A stretch of 64,000 bases of DNA from the NCBI GenBank assembly GCA_964658305.1, contig OZ210885.1, forward strand, positions 9,920,001-9,984,000, written 5' to 3'. Positions 28,501-38,420 of the stretch are shown here, one piece after another; the stretch's first letter is position 1; the number at the start of each line of letters is the position of its first letter. The stretch is from Leptogorgia sarmentosa. Taxonomy: Eukaryota. The notes under the pieces are model-generated. The model was not told the DNA's origin. It did no database searches and saw only the letters and a list, made by a program, of their open reading frames with translations. The position numbers and the translations under genes are program-made.

Positions 28501-31500
28501 AATGTTGAAAGCTGGCGCTAATGGCTGTTAAAACGTTGTCGTAAGGATAAGCATTGGCGGAATATATTGAACGTAATTTTACCAAGTCCGCTGTTTTGAG
28601 GTCATTTAAAACGTCTTCCCAGTCTTGTTCGTCGCGAGTGTCGGCTAAACTTGAACCCACAAGGGACAGAGCTAGCGGTAGATCGCCACAATGATTTAAC
28701 AGTTCCTCTATAATTCGCCGCATGTTTGAACTAAACTTAGACTGCTCGTCCTCGGTGACTTGAGCGCTTTGATACAAGAGCTTGTAAGAACCAGTCCGTT
28801 TTAAAAATTTGAGTTTATACAAAGCAGAACCTCGTAAACCGCGGACAACTTCAGAATTCCTTGTAGTTATTAATAATTGGCATTTTCCAGAGAGATGATC
28901 AAATGCAGAAGCGTGGTTTACACTCCAAACATCATCAAGAATCACCAAGCAATCTTTGTCACTCTGCAATACATAGAAAACTGCTTTACATACTATCGCT
29001 GTGCTGATGCTTTTCGAGTTTCTTGTCGCATGGGTAAAATTAACTGGGTCGAAGCTGAAGCAACGTTGCCACTGCTTCAGAATTATCAATAAAAGGGTAG
29101 GCAAATCGATAATTAGAGAAGGCACATTCATATATCCGCGTTTACAAAGTTCAAAGACACTAGATTTCAAAAAAGTCATTAAGAATACGAATATATATGA
29201 ATATGATCCCCGCGCATTATCGGGCTATGTATGGCACTGATTAAAAGGGCGACCCTCACCTAGTGTATCCTCGTCTTTGTCATAGGCATACTGTAAGTGG
29301 TAAAAAGCTTACATGCATGCGTTGCTTTGCAACGAAAAAACCTGATATCCATCTCATCACGCTAATCACTTTCTCTGTTTTCCTCTTATGGCGGAGTCAG
29401 TGGAAGTTTAAATAGCGCGCTATTTGCATCACCAGTAACTTTTGACAACAATTTTGTGTAATAACGCATCAATGAGTATTACAAAAAGTTCAAATAATAC
29501 ACACATACCGTGTTTGCTGTGACCCAGGATTGCGCTGCCCGGATGTCAGTGAACGAGGCTTCGCCACCAAGAACTTTTATGAGCAGGTTAATGAGTGATA
29601 AGCAGTCAGGGTTTCCCCAATGTCAAGCCATATTACCTGACGAGATTCTTTGGCAGACCAAGCGACAGCCAGAGCTAAGATGGTCTTACCCAGACCCCCC
29701 ATACCACGGATACCAACGACGTCGCCGCTACGATTCCCGGCCACACCAACTCGATTATTTCCTTCTGTAAGTAGTTTCAATATGTCGTTCACTTCTGACG
29801 GTCTTTCCACCATGTCACGAGGTAGACTGCGTAATCCATACGCAACTACAATATAAAATAAACGGAATATCCTGGATGAATACAACTAAAAACAGGGATG
29901 GATCTACAATTCCCGTGCAAAATGAGACTAGCTATTTCAAACATTTTTCTCATATTCACACATGAATTTATCCAGATCTGTACTTCAATTTTTTTTAATA
30001 ATTCCCTCCTTCCCCCGTTAATGATTCTCCCTGGATCTTTTTGAGCAAACCAGATGGCGTGATATCGTTGTTACAAGATTGTTTCAGGGGGGAATGGGGG
30101 ATAAATAATTAGTCTGAACAATTTTTGTTCGCGATTGATCCCGTGCGAAAATAATGAGACTTTACCTACTTCAAACATTTTTTCTCATTTTCACACATTT
30201 ATACAAATCTACTTCAATTTTTTTTTTAAAATTCCCCCCTTCCCCCGTTAACAATGTTGCCTGGATCTTTTTGAGCAAACCAGGTGGTGTGATATCGTTG
30301 TTACGATATCGTTGTTACCATCTTTTTCACAGAAATGGCACATCTTTTATCGCAAAAATGGCGGAAGGTCGTGTTTTGACTGGGTCTGCCGGTTGCCTTC
30401 AAGACAATCTTTATAACTGTGCTTTATAACTGTGCTTTATAGGTTTACTTATGTTGGCAATCGAATTAGATGGATCGATTAATTGCTCAGGTGATTAGAA
30501 ATATATTTTGATTTGCTGACTTTATAAAATGCCGTGAATCTCATTATTTTGCGCCGTGTTGAAACTAAAGACTACAGCATTGTGGTGCATAAGTGTTCGA
30601 AATATTAAATATGTGCGTTATTCTTTGATAGTGAGCAGAGCTTTTGCTGTTTATTGATGTTGTTATCCGTTATACCTAAACTGTAGCTACATGATTGTTG
30701 AAGCATGTTATCATGAATTTATTAAACTTGCTGTCACAAACTATTCCAGAGGGGGAGAAGAAATATGAACTGCACGTTCCGCAGGGCCTGCACATAGAAA
30801 GTAGCCATTGAATATAGAATAAAATGCTAGCGCTTGCATGCTACAAAGATATAGATGGAAATTAACATGAGAGTGCAATAGAATAAAACGTATGATACAA
30901 TTACGCTCTTCCAGTTCTATTAACCTTTCCCAGGTTGGAACTTGTACACAAAAATCTTGTACAAAACTTATCCGGGACTTTTCACAACAACATTCGATCC
31001 CGATTTACCGTGTGCTTATTAATATGTTCTTTAGATAGGACGTCTCCTTGTCATTCCTAATTTTATGTATCTAAATGCTTGTATAAAATTATTATAATAG
31101 TTACCCGAGTAGTTTGTATATTCTTAGTCAGGCTGACACCGTGCATTGTATCCAGTCTCGTTATCTGGTGTATTTAGTATGTTTGTTACTGAATTAAAGT
31201 CAATATCATAAATCAAAATGATAATGAGGCACTTATGGACATAAATCAAAAGATGAAGCATTTAACCACTATCAGCAACGTTTAGGCATTCTTGTCGCAA
31301 TTGAGCTGCGTCAACGTTTCACGAGTGTTTTTTATTTGGTTGTGACCCACGCAGTTAACCCGCCCAACATTAAAATTCATTTTTAGTGATGATGAGTGCG
31401 ACAGCGCGTACTGCACTGCCAATGCTTTCGGATTCCCACTAAATCTGGGAAGTGTTAGAAGACATGTTGCATTCCTGTTGCCGTTTACTCTAACGAGATA

Positions 31501-34500
31501 TTTTCCTACAAGAAATTCTTAGAAACAGAACGTTAAAGACCGGGAAGGTTCGTGGGGCACACAAATTTTGACAATTGAATGGCTGCCTGATACTCTGTAA
31601 ATTTTCCTGCATAATATATTCTGCATAAATAGTTTCCCATCTTTCCTAGTTAATTGAAACACTACCTTTTTTCTCTGCAAAATCTGAATGCTCCGTCCTC
31701 GGCTTTTTCTGACGACATTCGATTTCATCTGTTTTCTCCGCCAGACGTTTAAGCTCCCTTGAATGATGTTCAAGTTTCTCAGCTGCAGAACTTTCAACCT
31801 CTTTAATTTTACGAAGCAGTGTGGATTGTATGTTATCGAGTTTCTCCATCACTGGATTTATCTGAATAAATAAATTTGATTTGGTAATATTTAATTTGCG
31901 GGCTGAAACAAATTTGAAATCACTCTCAACTTCACAAAGCGGCTTAAGGTGTGTGATGTAATAATAGTTATAATCTAACGTTATTAGTATAGGTAATTGT
32001 ATGGTTTCGAGTGCAATTTGGAAAAACATGCAGGAGTAAGTTTTTCAAAGACATTCAAAATTGCACGAGTCCAAAGGACGAGTGCTATTTGAAGTCTTTG
32101 AAAAGCTCATGAGTGTATGTTTTTTCCAAATTGCATGAGAATTTAAATAGAATATACTTGTCTCGCTTTGTTCGGCCGCTAATATACGGAGATGTTTTGC
32201 TTGTCCACCGAGCACTTGCTTGAACAAAGAGAAATCTTTGTCTCGTATTATAAAAAGGTTGTCATCATCGACTGCTGTTAATATCACTTTTAAGCTGTCT
32301 GGTTCACATTCATCGCCGTTTCTTTTTTAATTCACAGTTTTCGTTCAGCATAAAAACAATCGAGCAAAATATATAATCAAACACCTGCTGCGGAATATTT
32401 TGTACTCGCGCTGTATTTTCTTTTCAATGCAACACTTTATCCGCACAATCAACCACAAGAATAGATATCTTTGGTGGTATTTTAATTTTTCGAACTATTT
32501 TTAAGCCCCTCTATCATTTGTCTGTTGCCAAAAAAATCTACCCAAAGAGGCAGCCAATTTTTCATCCTCGAATAATATCATTTTTTGTTATTGTTCGCCA
32601 GAAATGGCTTAATCTGATTGGCTAGCTTTGTAAACTTAGCCAATCAGGAGACATAATTATCTGGAGAAATTTGCACCGAATTTCTTTTTTTGGCACTGTA
32701 TTTCTTTTTCGGGTACTGTATTTCCTTAAAATTGCACTGCTCTCAGCCAATCAGAATCGAGAAATTTTTTCATGTACAGTATATTATTAGATTAGAGATT
32801 AAGACGAGTATGTAAATTAATGAGTCAATATATATGAGCCGAGGACAGAGTTCGTTGTGCCGTGGACGACCAGACAAGTAAAGAGGGCAGAGTCACAAGG
32901 ATTCGAGAAGAATTAGTTGGAATTGAAAGCGTGTATCGAGGTGACTGAAAACAATCTTAGGCGAGATGAGTAAAGTAAAATTGTTAGTTTCTGAATGAAA
33001 AAAAGGTGACGAAGCGTAACTAGCGTGGGGTGAACTAAGCTCCAACACTGAAAAGAATCAACTACGGTCTGATGTCCTAAAGTTTAAAGACAGTTGTTCT
33101 ATACTTGGAGTGCTCTAGTCGATAAACGATGGAGTTATATCCAACTCTCGCCCAGCAAAGGTTAGAAACCGAAGCCAGTCGCTTAAACAGTTAATTCCGA
33201 AATTAAATAGAATTACTGAAGGACAACTTGAAGGCAATTACTGAGCAAGTCAAGAATCTTCGGGACAGAAACTACGCAATGTGGCTAGCTGAAGAGAGAA
33301 GACGGAAACTCTGTGGACTTGGTTTGTTTTAACTGCGACGCACGCCGTGTGCTTAACCGTCAGAGCTTTATCAATATTTTCCTGACTTTAATGGTTGGGA
33401 TTTTAGAGAAAGGGAAATTGCTTCGCCGATCTTTGACGGGCTACCACATGTGAGTTGTGCGTACCTATTTTTTCCTCTCTTATAAATTGGCCCTTTTTTC
33501 TCAAAATTTTTGAATTGCCATCGAATAATTTTTACGTCACTGTGGGGACGAAATATTTCAATGCTTGGTTGACACAGATGTAAAGTCGAATACGAGCTAA
33601 AATTGTGACGACATTATAGGTCTATTGAAACTTGATATGCAAGTTTCCTAGTTTCTAAACTTTTCAGAAATTTGTAGTTCAACGTTGGAATAGCAATTTT
33701 GCAAGGAAAAATAATTGTTATCTATCAAAATTTTGGTTTATCTCTTGCCTATGAGAATGGCTCAATTGTTTGGCTTAATGGGATATTTATATTAGTATTT
33801 ATCAGTAATTGATATGTAGTGTGTTTTATTCATCGGTACACGCTTCGTTCTAAGTGTTCTATTGCAAACGTCTCCGCAAAAAAAGTATACAGATGTTTGA
33901 CTTGTGCTTGTTGTTGTTTGATGTTTGAAAGCAAACTTCATAAAAACAGCATTATCGAAAAAAGCACAGATTGCTGTTCCCACGCTGAAAATTTGCACTC
34001 GCTCGCATTTGAAAGATGTCTTATATTAATTTGAAGAGCGTCTTCCTACTTATTCAACGACTGTTAAATGAAACATCAAAAGTTCCTCATACCTTTGTGG
34101 CGTCCAAATCGTAGTTTTTGATACAACGGCAAAGTTCAGCTACACTTTCTGCAATTAGTTTTGCGTGACGACCATCAACAAGAATGTCTGGAAATAATGA
34201 AGAAAATTTATCTTGAGTATCACAAACACTATAAATATATCGCTGCTAATGCGCGTAGCACGAAGGATACATGAAAAAGCATGCCTTGCTGCCCATATAT
34301 GTGCTAAGCATGGTCTGCTGTGGTTATTAGCAAACTTCAATATGCGGCCAGTGTAGTAGATAGGGGATAACAACATCAGCAAGCAGCACATGTCATACCC
34401 ACTACCTAAACAATGCAAACAGGTTGGACGTTTTGAGTAAAGTAGATTTTTTGCATGATAGACATGCAAAAATTTCGAAATAGTACAATCCAGAGCAACA

Positions 34501-35801
34501 GCGTTAATAAAGAGTATGACAAAGTTAGTAAAACTGTAAAGTCTGGTTGAGAAATGTTTTAAAATGCGAAAAATATGACCCTGTAAAGTTTTCAAATTTT
34601 GTATATTTTAGTATTACCCATGCATTTATATCCTTATCGAGAAAAGTCTATGAATTTTGCGTGCCTAATACTAATTAAAATGAAAAAATTGGCAAAATTG
34701 CGTTAAACATTCCCGACTTTTGAATGATTGAAGTTTTGAACACAAATGTCCAACTGGAATTAGTACGATTTACGAAGTCTAATTCATGTGAAAATTTTGA
34801 TTTTATGCATATATCAGCATATATTAGTTGTACTATACTGTATATCATGTCGTATACAGTATTAAAGGCATTAACTTCTGCACTTATATGAAGGTCTAAA
34901 AATAAATCACTGTCACCAATTCAACACTAGATTTCTACAAGTATAGCTAAAGTATAGCTACACTATTGGAGAATTTAATTTTTTTTACCTGTTCGACCCC
35001 ATATAATTTCAACGATTGATCGTATTGAGAATCGTATTGAATTGTATATATGGTAATATATGAATAAAATTGGATGATAATAATAATAATAAATGAATAA
35101 TAAGAGAAATTCTTTCAACACATGGGGGTTTTCTTACCGGAGATAAAAAATGATCTGCGCAAAACATATTTAAAGGCATGATGAGATTCCGGCAATAATG
35201 CTAATAATACAGTACCTGTTTTATTCCAGAAATCTAGTTCATCACAAATTATTTTTTCGTCAGCTATTGGTAAATTTAATATTTTGACCAAAGATTCCAT
35301 TCCTTGAAACGAGGCATTGAACATATGTACAGTCCATTCAGAGATGTTACAATGAGCCCATGGGTTTCTGATGTCCGACCGAACTTTGTTTGCTTCAGCT
35401 GCAGCACCAGATGATACAAAAGGGTCTGCCTTGCCGATAATAGTCAAAAGTGCTGACATATCCATGGTTTTATCAAATCCAGTGAAATGTGCCATAAAGT
35501 CCGTGACGAATAGTTTCGCCAAAGAGACAGGATCTTTAACAGCATAATCATAAGCTGATTTAGTAGGCTTGTGGATAATGTTATTGTTAATGTTTTGATA
35601 TTGTAGGTTATGGGTGGAAGGGGGTAATTTCTTCCTTCTGTATGCTGCGAAATCTTGCTTGTGAATTTCATCAGGTGGTTGGCATAAAGAATGATACCAT
35701 TTCCCAAGTTCAGTGGCGACAACTTTCCTCAATGCAGGTGCAAGAACTTTGGTAAAGGCAATGCCAACTAAAACCCAATGTTGTTCTTCCTCTGATATCA
35801 T
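1284..35801 (-). CDS. Multi-exon gene span: APAF-1-like STAND protein (HEPN-like domain, coiled coil, NB-ARC, helical domain, WD40 repeats), about 1,590+ aa; one 1-nt frameshift as assembled
   Basis: 15 exons with GT-AG boundaries and matching phases: 35801-35216, 34148-34093, 31861-31666, 29845-29509, 28963-28321, 26961-26551, 24341-24096, 21388-21170, 17204-16992, 14862-14619, 13315-13083, 11740-11631, 7378-6970, 5009-4405, 1533-1284. NB-ARC motifs occur in canonical order, followed by GH...WD repeats. Confidence 0.9.
1701..2505. mobile_element. hAT-type MITE containing nested MITE 1933-2264
   Basis: Ends cagcgccggatta / taatccggcacag, 8-bp TSD ccttaatg. Inner element tataagcgtacg / cgtacgcttatg with 8-bp TSD atgctaag. 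Confidence 0.85.
3512..3660. mobile_element. Crypton-like non-autonomous hairpin fragment
   Basis: Hairpin ctcgatttctacgagatgatagttgat...atcaactcatcacctcatagaaatctcgag with a cttcgcc loop, same design as 27572-28031. Confidence 0.45.
4405..5009 (-). CDS. Coding exon 14: WD40 repeats
   Basis: ctttcag|GT CAC; SLSGSSSGTLSLVDI, AHKDAISQV, FASGSIGGSVKLWNV; donor AAG|gtatgt. Confidence 0.88.
6970..7378 (-). CDS. Coding exon 13: WD40 repeats
   Basis: ttttcaag|GTG TGG AAT; VRFSSDGLQVIIGCKDNHVFIWDW, ISPDGKIVLFG; donor GCAG|gtgggt. Confidence 0.88.
8478..9677. mobile_element. Crypton-V-like non-autonomous element, interrupted by 8919-9627
   Basis: Left hairpin ttacacggtt...aaccgtgtaa, then ttattatatggac inverted to the terminal gtccatataataa. 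Minus-strand peptide MASTSRFVNLSEDDI resembles N-termini of Crypton/DUF3504-type proteins (recognition from memory). Confidence 0.55.
8919..9627. mobile_element. Non-autonomous DNA transposon with CACTGAG termini and 8-bp TSD
   Basis: About 34-bp TIR cactgagctatacttaatatatctggagatcggg; TSD gttctacg at 8911-8918 and 9628-9635; subterminal IR agtgtcgccaaaaacatggcggatttt. Confidence 0.9.
11014..11040 (+). repeat. (TAA)n microsatellite, probable LINE 3' tail
   Basis: About 9 TAA units following attaaa. Confidence 0.7.
11631..11740 (-). CDS. Coding exon 12: WD40 half-repeat (GDLEWAKHVAVSADDRYVVSLSKDG...SIK)
   Basis: aaatag| ... AAG|gtgtag; phase 1 to 0, joins to VWNL of the next exon. Not in the ORF track. 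Confidence 0.8.
12040..12320 (+). pseudogene. Decayed CMC/EnSpm-like transposase C-terminal fragment
   Basis: IEDIFIITNGDVFFTCKKLHTLSYRKHLHSYEV...INYDELLDYHPL matches the pattern I recall for C-termini of animal EnSpm-type proteins; interrupted by stops downstream. Confidence 0.5.
13083..13315 (-). CDS. Coding exon 11: WD40 repeats
   Basis: SGVAIIPKEKKVLTASEDGSIRVWNL...VSASRDGTFKVWDL; acceptor tttcag in phase 2, donor ACAG|gtatag. Confidence 0.9.
13569..13647 (-). mobile_element. 3' tail of an L2/CR1-clade LINE or related SINE
   Basis: Minus strand agggctccc...gggactaccctatgtaaataaagg followed by (TATC)n tail. Confidence 0.55.
14619..14862 (-). CDS. Coding exon 10: WD40 repeats
   Basis: LVSASYDGTIKIWDL...LKGHESFVTSVAVS...ISGDYEGSVRLW; acceptor gtttag, donor AG|gtgggt (phase 2). 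Confidence 0.9.
15225..15400 (+). mobile_element. Helentron/HINE-like non-autonomous element fragment with GT-rich microsatellite
   Basis: Starts attacctccgcaatgaggttatgt (short hairpin), then (GT)n-rich tract, then gataact, the usual HINE/DINE-like layout. Confidence 0.5.
16992..17204 (-). CDS. Coding exon 9: WD40 repeats
   Basis: LKVYCVSTGE...HDKTIKLWKADT...LVGHTDGVTCV; acceptor ttgtag, donor ACAG|gtatgc. Confidence 0.88.
17473..18112. mobile_element. hAT-type MITE containing nested MITE 17517-17828
   Basis: TIR cagtggcgtaacg / cgttacgccactg, TSD tacttttg. Inner caggggcgaaactt / aagtttcgcccctg, TSD acaggggg. Confidence 0.9.
18555..19101. mobile_element. MITE with 17-bp TIR, possibly piggyBac-like
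   Basis: ctctttctctccaacac / gtgttggagagaaagag; TTAA TSD not intact. Confidence 0.5.
19352..20775. mobile_element. hAT-type MITE with nested elements 19509-20406 and ~19548-19810
   Basis: Outer cagtggcgtaa / ttacgccgctg (TSD eroded). Middle caagggcgtcaatcc / ggattgacgcccttg with TSD gtagctag. Innermost is homologous to 1933-2264. Confidence 0.8.
21170..21388 (-). CDS. Coding exon 8: WD40 repeats
   Basis: GREVQKLQGHSNRVSCLAVSQGGTILASGSWDRSTILW; acceptor aaacag, donor TATG|gtaagc. Confidence 0.9.
22559..23258. mobile_element. Second CACTGAG-terminus element with 8-bp TSD
   Basis: cactgagata...ctggagtgcac / gtgcactctctccag...agctcagtg; TSD gctacagg; shares aaaacatggcggatttt and ccactgacca with 8919-9627. 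Confidence 0.85.
24096..24341 (-). CDS. Coding exon 7: end of helical domain and first WD40 blade
   Basis: ttttacag|GC AGA CTG; GRLLSNEEYPGIKTLLEQLR...LIPEFSCLDLGGPE...CGLMNGSITIFDLDT; donor ACAG|gtaggt. Not in the ORF track. Confidence 0.85.
26551..26961 (-). CDS. Coding exon 6: LHD (MHD-equivalent) motif and APAF-1-like helical domain
   Basis: ttttcag|; CRLHDLLLGF, YYFKYLTYHL, FFNFNWLYEKV, LISDF; donor TTAG|gtaatt. Confidence 0.9.
27572..28031. mobile_element. Crypton-V-like non-autonomous element
   Basis: Long left hairpin (catgatatcaagaattattcagac / gtctgaataattcttgatatcatg), then ttattatacatttaa inverted to the terminal ttaaatgtataataa; no TSD seen. Confidence 0.65.
28321..28963 (-). 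CDS. Coding exon 5: NB-ARC Walker B, RNBS-B, GxP region, winged helix
   Basis: ttgcag|AGT GAC; CLVILDDVW, LLITTRN, CGDLPLALSLVGS, FLHFALFPED; donor AAAG|gtaaat. Confidence 0.93.
29509..29845 (-). CDS. Coding exon 4: NB-ARC Walker A exon, with 1-nt frameshift near 29609-29618
   Basis: VVGIRGMGGLGKTILA P-loop. Frame 0 stops at 29577; the shifted frame continues PDCLSLINLLIKVLGGEASFTDIRAAQSWVTANT to donor ACG|gtatgt. Exon is 337 nt, 338 needed. Confidence 0.88.
29910..30305 (+). repeat. Diverged direct duplication of about 165 bp (29910-30075 / 30140-30305)
   Basis: Both copies read cccgtgc...atgagact...ttcaaacattttt...ccttcccccgttaa...ctggatctttttgagcaaaccag...gtgatatcgttgttac. Confidence 0.85.
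31666..31861 (-). CDS. Coding exon 3: charged coiled-coil-like linker
   Basis: tttattcag|ATA AAT CCA; INPVMEKLDNIQSTLLRKIKEVESSAAEKLEHHSRELKRLAEK...; donor AAAG|gtagt, phase 1. Confidence 0.75.
34093..34148 (-). CDS. Coding exon 2 (56-nt, ESVAELCRCIKNYDLDATK)
   Basis: ttgcag| ... AAG|gtatga; converts phase 1 to phase 0, exactly what is needed to join exon 1 to exon 3. Not in the ORF track. Confidence 0.7.
35216..35801 (-). CDS. Coding exon 1: N-terminal HEPN-like (CXorf38/DZIP3/Swt1-type) helical domain
   Basis: ATG at 35801, 7 nt after acceptor ttcatag; 195 open codons; DMSALLTII ... KVRSDIRNPWAHC (R-x4-H); donor ACAG|gtact, phase 1. Confidence 0.8.
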
Positions 35802-36918
35802 TATCGTTCTATGAAGTAAACATACAATAATGGTGATACAATTTTAGCTACCAAAGTACAAAGCTTTTGTAAATAGTACAGACCTAATTACTTTCTGACA
35901 TTTTAATGTTCTACAAATTTGTGAAAGTAGACGTTTCTTTGAAAAGACTGGAACGTATGTCCTTTGAAAATACTGTATGAGTAACCCAGTTTTGAAAAAT
36001 CAGACAAGCAAGATTTATTGAATTTGTAAAGCGAGTGGAAAGTATTGACCACTCAACGCTGTCTCCAAACATATATCATAAGTATATTTATACATAGCCT
36101 ACTGATATAGGGAATAATGAATTTAATTAACGTCGCACTTTTGCAACTACAGTGCGGCAGTTAATCGAGGATAATAGAGAGCTCATATGAGTGTCTTGCT
36201 GAGTTATGTCAGTTATATTGTTCTTCGTCCCAGCACCATTCAAGTGAAACCCGCAAACAGAATTGCTCGACTGACGTTCGCGAGATATGACGGCGTTGAG
36301 TTATGTGACACAAAATGAATACAGAATCGCTTTTTCTTTCAAAAGTCATTTTAACACTTGGTGACTCTACGAAAATGTTTGAAATTGTTCCAGTTTGCAG
36401 AGTAACGTTATAAAATGTCACATTGCAAATTCCTTTCAAAGCACGATATCATGCGTCTGCAACAAAATGCCAAATAAGCGTGCACTTGGAGTATGTCTCT
36501 CTTACTTTATCTGTGATTTCGTGAGCACATAATAAACTCCTCACACACTACTTAGTTTATCTAAGCAATTCGTCATGCAAAGGCGTTTGTTTGTATGTTG
36601 TAGACTTCAATTTTCAATTAAAAAGCTTTTCATGACTATCTGCAGTGTATTCTTGGGGTTATTATATCATGGAGACGTATGACTCCGGCGAATGTTCAGT
36701 CATTGGCATGTCATGCATTAGAAATGTGCCCCGCTCTTCGATAGGCCACGCCCTTTTCTTGAAAATGATACGCCCATTGTGGTTTGTGGTTCACATTTGG
36801 GGCCCTTCGTGATTTGCGTATTTGCCCCCCAAGTATGTATGTCGATTCCCCCCGTGTTTCCCATAACAATTTAATTTGGGGCCCTCCGTTTGCACATCCA
36901 CTTGGGCCCCCATTGTTT

Positions 36919-37131
36919 GCTTGTCAATTTGGGGCCCCCGGCCCTGGTTTGCGTGTCAATTTGGGGCCCCCTGGTTTGCGTGTCAATTTGGGGCCCCCTG
37001 GTTTGCGTGTCAATTTGGGGCCCCCTGGTTTGCGTGTCAATTTGGGCCCCCATGATTTGCGTGTCAATTTGGGGGCCCCTGGTTTGCGTGTCAATTTGGA
37101 GCCCCCTGGTTTGCGTGTCAATTTGGGGCCC
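36919..37131 (+). repeat. 27-bp minisatellite, about 7-8 copies, inside a hAT-like MITE remnant (~36770-37450)
   Basis: Unit ggtttgcgtgtcaatttggggccccct; element ends ...ttaatccggccc like the 1701-2505 family. Confidence 0.9.
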
Positions 37132-37461
37132 TTGAACGTCGCGAATTTAAACTTAATTTAATACTCACTGTTCGCGTATGAAAAATTATCTTCACCTTTG
37201 CGGTGAAACAACACTCTGAAATGGCCGTTTCCGGCGATCTAGAAGCTCTAAATTCTCAAAATTTTCTCGCTCGACGCCAACCATGGTGGCGTCTCGTGAG
37301 ACTCGCCCACCCCCAAATTTCAAAGAGTTACTACACCCCTAAATTGCGGTAATGATGTGATTTGCCCAGACAAATATAATTCAACAAATATGTGTGAGGG
37401 GCCCCGCGCTGACCATCTGCCACAGGCCCCGCGCGATGTTAATCCGGCCCATACCTGCACT

Positions 37462-38334
37462 CATGGCTATAAATATGCGACATGCAGTATTACGCAATGG
37501 GCATTCGGACTTTCAAAATGCTCGTAAATTTATAGTATGCAGCAACGCAAAATAGTATGTTTTCTTACGTGCGAAGTATAAACATGGTAAATCGACTTGT
37601 AGCGAATCGAAAAAGCAAAATATTGTGATATTTAGAAGCCGATAAACCTTGTCCCCGAGCGATTCAAACGTATCCATGGATTGTAGCGTATTAGCCGCCA
37701 TTAATCATCAATTCTTATATACTTCACTGAAAGAGAGCGGTGTTTTAGGATACATGAAATACAAATTCCAACATGCGAAGCTTGATTTGTCAAGATGGGG
37801 TTTCGGCGGCTTCAACTAATATAAAACCTATAAAAGGTTACGTATCTTTCCCTTGTCCAGCTTTACGTTTATGTTCGGCAAAGTGCTTCGCTTTGCTTGA
37901 AATATCCATAACTATCGAACATAAACGTAAAGCTGGACAAGGGAAAGATACGTAACCTTTTATAGGTTTTATATTAGTTGAAGCCCCCGAAACCCCATCT
38001 TGACAAATCAAGCTTCGTATGTTGGAATTTGTATTTCATGTATCCTAAAACACCGCTCTCTTTCAGTGAAGTATATAAGAATTGATGATTAATGGCGGCT
38101 ACGCTACAATCCATGGATACGTTTGAATCGCTCGGGGACAAGGTTTATCGGCTTCTAAATATCCGACAATATTTTGCTTTTTCGATTCGCTACAAGTCGA
38201 TTTACAATGTTTATATATCGCATGTAAGAAAACATACTATTTTGCGTTGCTGCATACTATAAATTTACGAGCATTTTGAAAGTCCGAATGCCTATTAATT
38301 GCGTAATACTGCATGTCGCATATTTCTAGCCATG
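37462..38334. mobile_element. Foldback element: ~416-bp inverted arms, 38-bp spacer
   Basis: 37462-37877 is the near-exact reverse complement of 37916-38334. Ends read at|ggcta...tagcc|at, compatible with an AT TSD (ISL2EU-like, inference). Confidence 0.92.
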
Positions 38335-38420
38335 GCTGGCGCGCCGAATATTGAATATTTCCTTACACACTACTCGGTAAAAATAATTCAGTGACAATAA
38401 ATTTGATGAATTCTACTCAC

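Noticed and set aside
29609..29618. GGGAAAC as a programmed -1 frameshift site
   Set aside because: The heptamer is out of phase (codons are GGG GAA ACC, not G GGA AAC), so canonical tandem slippage does not apply; an indel is simpler.
30380..31215. Possible LINE 3' remnant
   Set aside because: Only a vague resemblance; no readable RT motif.
1284..35801. Calling the gene APAF1
   Set aside because: No CARD; orthology cannot be shown without a phylogeny, so no symbol is given.
36784..37161. Collagen-like GPPGLRVNL ORF
   Set aside because: Product of a 27-bp minisatellite open in several frames on both strands; not true Gly-X-Y periodicity.
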